DNA from: Gammaproteobacteria bacterium | GTDB lineage: Bacteria; Pseudomonadota; Gammaproteobacteria; Steroidobacterales; JACDCP01 | Reading direction: 5' to 3' | Assembly: GCA_013817465.1 (NCBI GenBank) | Contig: JACDCP010000001.1 | Location: 1 to 44,630, forward strand | Length of the DNA: 44,630 nucleotides | Shown: positions 8,287 to 15,946 of the stretch, in pieces | Position numbering within the stretch: position 1 is the stretch's first letter | Layout: each line of letters begins with the position of its first letter | The notes under the pieces: generated by a model | Database searches by the model: none | Told to the model about the DNA's origin: nothing | The model's input: the letters and a program-made list of their open reading frames with translations, nothing else | Program-made: the position numbers and the translations under genes

Positions 8287-9977
8287 CAGTCCTGCTCCGT
8301 CCGTTGCCAGGCGGGAAAGCGCTCCTCCAGCGCCTGAATCTCGTGTCGCCCCCGGGCCTCGTCCCAGCCGAGCCGCGCCGCCATGAATCCGGCGGCAAAA
8401 TCGACGGTCTCGCGGGCCGGCAAGGCAAAAGAGGCGATGCCGGTACGCCGGAGCAGCAGATCCCGCAGGTTCCAGGCCATTTCCTCCGCGATCGCGTGCT
8501 CGAGCTCGGCCCGTATTGCCAGCGGGCAGCCCGGCACCGCTTCCGCAAGCGCCGGGGCCCCGTCTGCCAACGCCATGATCCGGTCGAGGCGGCTGCCGTA
8601 GTGGCTCACCATGCGCTGTACGGCGTCCTCCGACAGCCTCGCACCATACCGCCGGCGAGCCGAATCCAGATAGGCATCCGGACCCGCTCTGAAATCCGCG
8701 CCATAGAGCGGCGTGCGCGCCGAGACCGATTGACCTGCATTCAGTTCCGCATCCCGCACGACGCGATCGATGGCGCATTCTGCCACCTGACGCGCCGTGG
8801 TGTACTTGACGCCGGAAATGACATAAAGCCCGCGCGGCGCGCCCGATCCCGCCGCTGCAACGAGCCGGTAACTCGACTCCAGCTCGGGTTCCGAGTGCTC
8901 CTCGCGACCAGTCGCCGGCAGCAGTCCGAGATGGACCTGCGTGACGTCGTCGATATCGAGATGCAGATCGGGCATGACGCCGTCGAGCTGCGCGAGCGCC
9001 GCTTCGACTTCCGCCGCATCGGGTTGCAAGGCATCGGGACCATCGTCGTCGGGGTAATACCACGTCCCCGCCACGCACCCCTCGCGCCAGGGAGCGACGA
9101 ACAGCAAACGACCCGGTGCCGCAGGCGGCGCGGCCGGCAGGACGCCGAGCGCGCAATCCGCCACGCGGCGCCGCAATACGAGATTCATGCCGCGTGCCCA
9201 TGGCTGGCGACGGACGGGCTCCTGCTGCGGATACCACTCGAGGCTGCCTGCCCAGGGTCCGGTGCAATCGATCACCGCCTCCGCCCCGATCTCCATGGCA
9301 GCGCCGGAACGCTGATCGAACGCCCGCACCCCCGAGACCCGGCCATCTTTCATGACCAGCCCGGTCACTGCACAATGATTCAGCGCGTCCGCCCCCGCAC
9401 TTACGGCTGACATGACGAAGCTCAGCACCAGCCGCTCGGCGTCGTGCGCCTGGGCGTCGAACCAGCGCGCGCCGCCGGTGATCCTGTCGTCGCGCAGCGC
9501 CGGCGCTTTGGCCCTGAGCATTTGTGCGGAAATCAGCTTGCCCGCCGGAATCCGCCGCTCCCCGGCGACGCCAAGATTGCGGTCCGCCGAAAGCAGATCG
9601 TTGAGCCCGAGGCCGGCCCGAAGCGCCAGCGCGCTCTTGCCGGACCCGCGATAGGCGGGCATGACGCACTCGAGCGGACGCACGAGATGCGGCGCGATGC
9701 GCAGCAGCGCACGACGCTCGCGCACCGAGGCGCGCATGCGCGGCACATCCAACGTCTGGAGATAACGAATGCCGCCGTGGATGGTCCGCAGGCTGTTGGC
9801 CGAAGTGCCGCTGCCGAAATCGTCCGCTTCCAGCAGCAGAGTCCGCAAGCCGCGCGAGGCGGCCTCCCAGGCCACGGCGGCGCCGTAGATGCCGCCGCCG
9901 GCAACGATCAGCTCATAGCTCTCGCGCAGGCGAGGGGGAAAATGGGGACATTCCTGATTTTCCGAACATCGTTTCAT
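8286..9977 (-). CDS. FAD-dependent oxidoreductase, glycerol-3-phosphate dehydrogenase (GlpD)-like
   Basis: 563-aa ORF with the dinucleotide-binding motif 'LIVAGGGIYGAAVAWEAASRG', the GlpD signature 'GTSANSLRTIHGGIRYLQ' and a C-terminal 'EEMAWNLRDLLLRRTG'. The only ATG (9977) lies in the spacer of repeat copy 4, so the first ~13 codons are repeat-derived and the true start is uncertain. Confidence 0.8.
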   Translation of the reverse strand: MKRCSENQECPHFPPRLRESYELIVAGGGIYGAAVAWEAASRGLRTLLLEADDFGSGTSANSLRTIHGGIRYLQTLDVPRMRASVRERRALLRIAPHLVRPLECVMPAYRGSGKSALALRAGLGLNDLLSADRNLGVAGERRIPAGKLISAQMLRAKAPALRDDRITGGARWFDAQAHDAERLVLSFVMSAVSAGADALNHCAVTGLVMKDGRVSGVRAFDQRSGAAMEIGAEAVIDCTGPWAGSLEWYPQQEPVRRQPWARGMNLVLRRRVADCALGVLPAAPPAAPGRLLFVAPWREGCVAGTWYYPDDDGPDALQPDAAEVEAALAQLDGVMPDLHLDIDDVTQVHLGLLPATGREEHSEPELESSYRLVAAAGSGAPRGLYVISGVKYTTARQVAECAIDRVVRDAELNAGQSVSARTPLYGADFRAGPDAYLDSARRRYGARLSEDAVQRMVSHYGSRLDRIMALADGAPALAEAVPGCPLAIRAELEHAIAEEMAWNLRDLLLRRTGIASFALPARETVDFAAGFMAARLGWDEARGRHEIQALEERFPAWQRTEQD

Positions 9978-10027
9978 CTTGCTGACGAGGAGCCATTTCT
10001 CAGAAAATCAGGAATGTCCCCATTTCC
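9937..10027. repeat. palindromic REP/BIME-like element, copy 4 (27-nt left arm, right arm with 1-nt deletion, ~39-nt spacer)
   Basis: GGAAAATGGGGACATTCCTGATTTTCC lies at 9937-9963. The inverted arm GAAAATCAGGAATGTCCCCATTTCC lies at 10003-10027 and is one T short. The element sits between the GT4 stop codon (10031) and the oxidoreductase 5' end. Confidence 0.9.
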
Positions 10028-10030
10028 GGC

Positions 10031-11197
10031 TCAGGCACTCTGCGCCTGGAGCGGCGCGTATATACCGCCGAGGCAGTCCTTGAACACGCGATAGCTGTGC
10101 TCGCGCTCGATGAGCGCACGCGCATTGCCGGCCAGGCGTTGCCGCAATGCCGGATCCCGCAGCAAGCGGAGCATCTCCGCGGAGAAGCTCTGTTTATCCG
10201 GGCTCGCGAGCGCCGCCGTGCCAGGTGTCATCACTTGGGTGTGGGTCGGCAGATCGGTGGCGAGCACCGCGACGCCGGAGTCGAGGTAGCTATACACTTT
10301 CATCGGCGTATTGAGCCCGTGCACGCGCGGCGAAACCAGCAGGTCCGCCTGCGACATGTAGCTGCCGAGCCGGCCGACGGGTCGCGGACCGGGGAAATGG
10401 GCATGCCCGTCGATGCCCAGCCGCCCGGCCGCTGCCGTATAGCGCTCGATGTCCGGCGTCGAGCCGCCGATGATGACGAGATGCACGTCGTCGAATTCGC
10501 GGCGCACGAGGCTGAAACTCTCGAGCAGCAGATCGATGCCCTGATACTTCTCCAGATTGCCGATGTACATGACCAGGCGCCCGTCGATATCCAGCGTCTC
10601 GCGCAGGTCTTCCGCCGGCCCGCCGTCGCCGGCGACTTCATTCCGCAACGAAACGTCCTTGAGCACCACGATGCGCCGCGGGTGAAACCGACGCACTTCG
10701 TCCGCCAGCGCATCGCACATCGGCACCACCACGTCCGCGTAGCGGATCGGCAGCGATTCGAGAAACACCAGCAGGCGGCGCAGGAAGCGCAGCCGCGGGA
10801 ACCTGTCGACGATCTGCGTGGACATCATCGAGTCCATGTCGACGATGTAGGGGATCGAACGCAAAGGGCATACTGCCAGCGCCATGAAAGACGCTTCCTC
10901 CACAGCGTGCACCACGTCATAGCGCTTGCGCAGCATGAGGCCGAGGAATTTCCAGAACAGAAAGAAATCGCAGACGATCTTGCGCAGCGACAGGCCAGGC
11001 GGAACGTGCTCGATACGGATCCACGGCCGGATGCGATGGATGCGCTCGCTCGGCAGTGTCTCATCGCGCCCGAGATGCAAGGTCAGCAGCTCGACGTCAT
11101 GGCCGGACTCGACGAGCGCGCGCAGCAGCAGGTTGACGGCGATGGGGGTGCCCCGATCCTCATAGAACGGGTGCGGCGCCACCACGAGGATTTTCAT
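10031..11197 (-). CDS. glycosyltransferase family 4 (GT-B)
   Basis: 388-aa ORF. It starts 'MKILVVAPHPFYEDRGTPIA', and the C-terminal half has 'YIGNLEKYQGIDLL' and 'LLVSPRVHGLNTPMKVYSYLDSGVAVLAT' (EX7E-type region). The ATG overlaps the upstream stop codon (ATGA at 11194-11197). Confidence 0.85.
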   Translation of the reverse strand: MKILVVAPHPFYEDRGTPIAVNLLLRALVESGHDVELLTLHLGRDETLPSERIHRIRPWIRIEHVPPGLSLRKIVCDFFLFWKFLGLMLRKRYDVVHAVEEASFMALAVCPLRSIPYIVDMDSMMSTQIVDRFPRLRFLRRLLVFLESLPIRYADVVVPMCDALADEVRRFHPRRIVVLKDVSLRNEVAGDGGPAEDLRETLDIDGRLVMYIGNLEKYQGIDLLLESFSLVRREFDDVHLVIIGGSTPDIERYTAAAGRLGIDGHAHFPGPRPVGRLGSYMSQADLLVSPRVHGLNTPMKVYSYLDSGVAVLATDLPTHTQVMTPGTAALASPDKQSFSAEMLRLLRDPALRQRLAGNARALIEREHSYRVFKDCLGGIYAPLQAQSA

Positions 11198-12090
11198 GAA
11201 GCGCGCTTCCCGGTACGCAAGCCGATCTGATTGCGCACGAATCTCGCGCTGGTCTCGAGCCGGCCGAACGGCCGCCAGGCGATCGAACGATCGCGCAACG
11301 CGCGCTTCAGGTCTGCCGATGGCCGCGCATCCCCGAGCTCCGCCTCGAGCGCGCAGCCGAAGCTGCCGATTCTCTCGACCTCCCGCGGCAGCGGCAGGGG
11401 ATCACTGCCCGGCAAGATGCGCATACCCCTCCTCTGCGCCTGCCGGAAATGTGCAGGATGCTGCCAGAACACCGGACGGCCCGAATTGTCGCCGAGATAG
11501 AGCTCGGCAGCAAAATCGTTCTGCAACAGCCCTTTGAGAATGCGCCCGCGCCGGCCGAGCCATTTGCCGACGGCCCAGGGCAGCACAACCAGAGCATCGG
11601 CGGCCTGTGCCGCATCGATCAGGTCACTGGCCGGTTTCCCATCGGCAAGCCGCTTATCGGTGGCGAGCGTGAGCACTTCCAGCCCTTCGCTGGAGATCAC
11701 CTGGTATCCCGCCACGATCAACAAATCCGTTTCGGCATGCGCAGCTTGCGCACGCACGACCAACGGGTCTTCACTGAATCCATGCAGACGCCAATTGCCC
11801 GCTGTGCCGCCATCGGCCGCCAGCTCGCAAAGCCCTGAGTAACGATCCTCGCGGGCGGTCTCGGCCAGCATCAGGACGCCGGCGGATAATCCCCCGCAAC
11901 CGCGTTCCGCCGCAGTCGCAAAATTGCGACTGGCAGCATTCAGCGCGACTGACGTAGCGAAACCGTCGTAAAAATGTACGTGGCCATCGATGAGCAGCGA
12001 CTTTGCTGATGCGGTCTGCATAGCTGCCAATGGTAAGCCATTCTGTGACAGGCGTGCCTGAACGCCGCCAGACGCGCGGGCTGCAGGCAC
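11194..12090 (-). CDS. hypothetical protein (possible metal-dependent hydrolase, 'DGHVHFYD' motif)
   Basis: 298-aa ORF translationally coupled to the GT4 gene. I recognise no family beyond an N-terminal D-x-H-x-H motif. The listed start at 12090 is GTG; an ATG at 12021 ('MQTASAKSLLIDGHVH') is an alternative. Confidence 0.5.
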   Translation of the reverse strand: MPAARASGGVQARLSQNGLPLAAMQTASAKSLLIDGHVHFYDGFATSVALNAASRNFATAAERGCGGLSAGVLMLAETAREDRYSGLCELAADGGTAGNWRLHGFSEDPLVVRAQAAHAETDLLIVAGYQVISSEGLEVLTLATDKRLADGKPASDLIDAAQAADALVVLPWAVGKWLGRRGRILKGLLQNDFAAELYLGDNSGRPVFWQHPAHFRQAQRRGMRILPGSDPLPLPREVERIGSFGCALEAELGDARPSADLKRALRDRSIAWRPFGRLETSARFVRNQIGLRTGKRAS

Positions 12091-12186
12091 CGGTCGAAGC
12101 GCGCGGCGGCGGGCTTCGATGTGCCTCGCAGCATGGGCCTATGGTATCTTTCGCAGGGTTCATGTTTCACGCGAAGGGAGTCCGCT

Positions 12187-12777
12187 ATGCGATTGATGCC
12201 GCCGATGCGAGCCGCCGGAATGCTGCTGGCCCTGATTCTGGCCGGCGGAGCTGCCGCGCAGGATGCGCCGCAGCCAGGGGCCACCGACGAGGGCTACCAG
12301 ATCCAGCCGGGGGACGTGCTCAATATTTCCGTCTGGAACGAGGAAGATCTGCAACGCGAAGTGCTGGTCCGGCCCGATGGCGCGATCTCGTTTCCGCTCA
12401 CGGACGGCGACATCCAGGCGGCCGGGCGCACGGTCGAGGAACTGCGCCAGGAAATCATGCAACGGCTGTCCAAGTACATCCCGGATCTCGTCGCTACAGT
12501 CAGCGTCACGCAGATCCTCGGCAACAAAATCTACGTGATCGGCCAGGTCAACACCCCCGGCGTATTCGTCATGAATCCGCGCGTCGATGTCATGCAGGCG
12601 CTCAGCATGGCCGGCGGCGGGACGGCATTCGCCTCCCTGGACAATATCCGCATCCTGCGGCGTACGGGAGACGGCGAGCAGAAGGCCTACCGCTTCGAAT
12701 ACGGCGACGTGATCAAGGGCAACAACCTCGAGCAGAACGTCATGTTGAGGAGCGGCGACGTCATCGTCGTTCCCTGA
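12187..12777 (+). CDS. periplasmic polysaccharide export protein (Wza / Poly_export + SLBB, PEP-CTERM-locus EpsE-like)
   Basis: Trimmed to the ATG at 12187, which is preceded by AAGGGAG (12174-12180). It has a signal peptide 'MRLMPPMRAAGMLLALILAGGAAAQ' and then 'YQIQPGDVLNISVWNEEDLQREVLVRPDGAISFPL' and 'IYVIGQVNTPGVF', typical of Poly_export proteins. Confidence 0.85.
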   Translation: MRLMPPMRAAGMLLALILAGGAAAQDAPQPGATDEGYQIQPGDVLNISVWNEEDLQREVLVRPDGAISFPLTDGDIQAAGRTVEELRQEIMQRLSKYIPDLVATVSVTQILGNKIYVIGQVNTPGVFVMNPRVDVMQALSMAGGGTAFASLDNIRILRRTGDGEQKAYRFEYGDVIKGNNLEQNVMLRSGDVIVVP

Positions 12778-12788
12778 GGGCAAGCAAG

Positions 12789-14102
12789 ATGCGCATCAAT
12801 CAGATCGGGCGGCTTGAAAAAGCTTCGAGTTACCCGTCGTTCCGGAGAACCAGGGGCGCGATGCTCCCCGCGGCCGCAGCCGCGCTCATGCTCCCGCTGA
12901 GCGCGTTCGCCGCGGACGGCTATTTCCTGCCTCAGGCGAGCGCCGAGTCCATATACAACGACAACTGGCGCCTCCAGCCCGATAACCGGGAACAGGTCGA
13001 CGCGCTCGGCGCGTTTTTCGATATCAGCGCCACGCTCGGCCTGCGCTCGCCGCGCAGCGATATCAGCGTCACGCCGCGGCTGCGCTCGAGCTTTTTCACG
13101 GATTCCGAGGACGACGACCGGCTTTCCTCCGACGACCAGTTCCTCGACGTGGCGGCGTATCGCGAAACCGAGCAGGCGCGCTGGGCCTTCACGGGCGGAT
13201 ATTCCGACGAATCCGTGCTCTCCAGCGAGCTTTCGGACATCAATGTCGACGATCCGACCGATGACGTCGGCGATACCGGCCGCCTCGACGTGCGCAATGA
13301 GCGCCAACGCATCACCGCGCGTCCGTCATGGACCTACATCTACTCGGAGCAGACGCAATTCGGTCTCGGCTATCGGTTCGTCGATGTCTCATTCGACGAC
13401 CAGCTCGTCACGCGGCAGGTCGATTACACCGACCACCAGGTGGATGCGAATCTGACCCGTCAGCTCACGGAGCGCACCCTGCTGACGACGCAGCTTTTCG
13501 CCAGTCGCTTCGAAGCCGATCAGGTGAACAACGAAACCGACAGTGTCGGCGTCAATTTCGAGCTCAGCCGGCGCATGACGGAGCGCGTCCGCGGCTCTTT
13601 GAACCTCGGTGCGCAGCGGGTGGACGCGGAGTTCGTCGATCCGGTGACCGGCGCTACGATGAGCGAGTCCAACACCAATCTCCTGTTCGGCGCAGGCCTG
13701 CGCGGTGAAGTCACCGAGATCACGAGCTGGATAGCGGAGCTGAGCCGCCGGGTGAACCCCAACGGCACCGGCTTCGTCGTCCAGACCGACCAGCTCCTGC
13801 TGTCGATCGATCATGCTTTTTCACAGCGGCTTCGCGGCAACATCGGCGCGCGCGCCTTTCGCAATGAAGCCATCGATGACAACGCGACCAATCAGTTCAT
13901 CGAGCGTGACTACGCGCGGCTCGAAGGCGGGCTCGAGTGGTCGCTGACCGAGACCTGGTCGCTGTTCGGCCGCTACAGCTACACGCGGCAGGAGTTCGAA
14001 CGCCCGCTGGACGACATGGGCGGCATGGTCCCGCCCGGCGAGGAGGCCACGGCGAATGCCATCAGCATCGGCATCGCCTACCGGGGGCGCCTGCGGCGCT
14101 GA
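12789..14102 (+). CDS. outer-membrane beta-barrel candidate (EPS-locus associated)
   Basis: This is the 3' part of the 690-aa ORF, starting after the export gene stop codon. Possible starts are ATG at 12789 or ATG at 12861. The signal peptide 'MLPAAAAALMLPLSAFA' is followed by alternating hydrophobic/polar strands rich in Y/F/R/D ('QFGLGYRFVDVSFDD', 'WSLFGRYSYTRQEF'). The function is inferred from composition and context only. Confidence 0.6.
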   Translation: MRINQIGRLEKASSYPSFRRTRGAMLPAAAAALMLPLSAFAADGYFLPQASAESIYNDNWRLQPDNREQVDALGAFFDISATLGLRSPRSDISVTPRLRSSFFTDSEDDDRLSSDDQFLDVAAYRETEQARWAFTGGYSDESVLSSELSDINVDDPTDDVGDTGRLDVRNERQRITARPSWTYIYSEQTQFGLGYRFVDVSFDDQLVTRQVDYTDHQVDANLTRQLTERTLLTTQLFASRFEADQVNNETDSVGVNFELSRRMTERVRGSLNLGAQRVDAEFVDPVTGATMSESNTNLLFGAGLRGEVTEITSWIAELSRRVNPNGTGFVVQTDQLLLSIDHAFSQRLRGNIGARAFRNEAIDDNATNQFIERDYARLEGGLEWSLTETWSLFGRYSYTRQEFERPLDDMGGMVPPGEEATANAISIGIAYRGRLRR

Positions 14103-14233
14103 TCAGCCGCACGAAGGCGGGAACTGTGAATGGCGTCACGGCGGCGCGCCCCGGTAGAATCCACGATACACAAGATGAAGCAGACGACAGAACACTGCGG
14201 TGCGCCTGAGACTCCGGAACGAGATTGACCGCC

Positions 14234-15925
14234 ATGGAACAGGATGCCAGCACTCTCAATGACTACGTAGCGACTTTCCGCAGACGGAAGTTTCTCATCC
14301 TCAGCGTGGCGTTCTTCGTCATGCTGATCTTCGTCGCCGTCACCTTCAGCCTGCCCGCGGTCTACCGCTCGACGGGAACCATCCTCATCGAGCAGCAGGA
14401 CATCCCGGACGAGCTGGTGCAGAGCACGGTCTCGAGCTATGCCAACGAGCGTATCCAGATCGTCAGCCAGCGCGCGATGTCGCGGGAAAATCTGGAAAAG
14501 ATCGTCGAAGAGCACAACCTTTACCCGGAAGAGCGCGCCGTCACCTCGATGGACACGGTCGTCGACATCTTCCGCGCCAGCACCCTGCTGGAACCCGTCA
14601 GCGCCGAAATCGTCGATCCCCGCACCGGCCGGTCTTCACTGTCGACGATCGCTTTCACGCTGTCCTACGACAATGAATTGCCCGAGAAGGCGCGCGACGT
14701 TGCCCGCGATCTCGCCCAGCTTTATCTCGATGAGAACGACGCCAGCCGCACCGAAGCGGCCGAGCAGGCCTCGGCCTTTCTCGCCGAGCGGGCCAGTCAA
14801 CTGGAAGAAGAGATTACGAAGATCGAGTCCGCGCTCGCGGATTTCAAAGAGCAGCACGGCAACAGCCTGCCGAGCGTGCTGGATCTGAACCGGGAACGCC
14901 TGCTTGCGGTCGACACCTCGATCAGCGAGACGGAAGGCAGCATCCGGGCGCTGCGCGACAGCCGCAATCTTTTGCAATCCGAGCTCGCGGTAACCGATCC
15001 CTACGAGTCCGTGTATGGGTCGGAGGGCGAGCTCATTCTGAGCCCCGAGCAGCAACTGGCGGCGCTGCAACGCGAATACGCCGCCTTGTCGGCAAGATAC
15101 AGCGAAAATCACCCGAATCTGGTCACCCTGCGCAAGCAGATTGCGCAGCTTTCCGGTGGCGACGCATTCACGAGCAGTGCAGCCATCGACGCTGAGCTCG
15201 AAGTACGGCGGGCCGAACTCGCCGAAGCGCAACAGAAATATTCCGCCGATCATCCCGACGTCACCCACCTGACGCGCCTGATCGAGGGGCTGGAGAGTCA
15301 AAAGGCAAACCTTTCGGAAGAGCCGGCGGCCGCCCCCCAGATTAATCCGACGAGTCCCCTGTACGTACAGAAGCAGGGTCAGTTGAATGCGACGATCAAC
15401 GAGCTGCGCGCTGGCGAAGCAAGGCTCCAGGAGCTGCAGTCGCAACGCGCGGACTACGAGGAACGCCTGATGTCCTCGCCGCAGATCGAACGCGAATACA
15501 CGGCGCTTCAGCGCCGTTATGAAAGCGGCTTGCAGCAGTATCGCGAGATTCAGGACAAGGAACGCACGGCTCAGCTCTCGGCGTCGCTCGAGTCATCGGA
15601 CAAGGGCGAGCGTTTCGCGCTGGTCGAGCCGCCGACCGTGCCGACAGCGCCCGTGAGCCCCAACCGGATGGCGCTGCTGATTCTAGGCTTCGTGCTGGCC
15701 GCCGGAATGGGTATGGGTATCGCCGCGATCGTCGAGGCGATGGACAGCAGCGTGCGCGGGGCGAAAGACGTCTTCCGCCTGTTCGATATGCCGCCGCTCG
15801 CTTCCATCCCCTACGTGGAGAATCACGCAGACGTGCGCCGCAGAGTCGGGCGCAACATCATCACCGCAGGCGTAGCCGCGTTCAGCATCGCGGTCGTTGC
15901 CGTGATCATTCAAGTGCTCGGGTGA
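14234..15925 (+). CDS. polysaccharide chain-length determinant (Wzz-domain, PCP-2b / EpsF-like)
   Basis: The N-terminal transmembrane helix plus 'LPAVYRSTGTILIEQQ' is a Wzz motif. A long coiled-coil periplasmic region follows, then a C-terminal transmembrane helix 'MALLILGFVLAAGMGMGIAAIV'. The first ATG is at 14234; the listed TTG at 14225 is also possible. Confidence 0.85.
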   Translation: MEQDASTLNDYVATFRRRKFLILSVAFFVMLIFVAVTFSLPAVYRSTGTILIEQQDIPDELVQSTVSSYANERIQIVSQRAMSRENLEKIVEEHNLYPEERAVTSMDTVVDIFRASTLLEPVSAEIVDPRTGRSSLSTIAFTLSYDNELPEKARDVARDLAQLYLDENDASRTEAAEQASAFLAERASQLEEEITKIESALADFKEQHGNSLPSVLDLNRERLLAVDTSISETEGSIRALRDSRNLLQSELAVTDPYESVYGSEGELILSPEQQLAALQREYAALSARYSENHPNLVTLRKQIAQLSGGDAFTSSAAIDAELEVRRAELAEAQQKYSADHPDVTHLTRLIEGLESQKANLSEEPAAAPQINPTSPLYVQKQGQLNATINELRAGEARLQELQSQRADYEERLMSSPQIEREYTALQRRYESGLQQYREIQDKERTAQLSASLESSDKGERFALVEPPTVPTAPVSPNRMALLILGFVLAAGMGMGIAAIVEAMDSSVRGAKDVFRLFDMPPLASIPYVENHADVRRRVGRNIITAGVAAFSIAVVAVIIQVLG

Positions 15926-15946
15926 TCGTCGATACGAGGCTGCACC

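Noticed and set aside
8287-9669. N-terminal 461 residues of the listed 971-aa ORF 6754..9669, which would make a giant ligase
   Set aside because: That part is an Arg/Gly/Ala-rich, low-complexity translation typical of an off-frame read in GC-rich DNA. It overlaps the well-supported GlpD-like gene in another frame. The ligase homology starts exactly at the ATG at 8286, which overlaps the GlpD-like stop codon.
4349-10027. The 27-nt repeats as a CRISPR array
   Set aside because: The arms occur in inverted pairs with spacers of 3 to ~39 nt. They are scattered between ordinary genes over 5.7 kb, show no regular repeat-spacer periodicity, and no cas genes were seen in the window.
12142-12155. Sigma54-type promoter TGGTATCTTTCGCA upstream of the export operon
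   Set aside because: Only 8 nt separate the GG and GC dinucleotides, whereas the -24/-12 consensus needs 10, so the spacing does not fit.
12030-12788. 5' part of the 690-aa ORF 12030..14102
   Set aside because: This is an off-frame read through the export gene (12187..12777). Only the part downstream of 12789 or 12861 has a signal peptide and beta-strand character.
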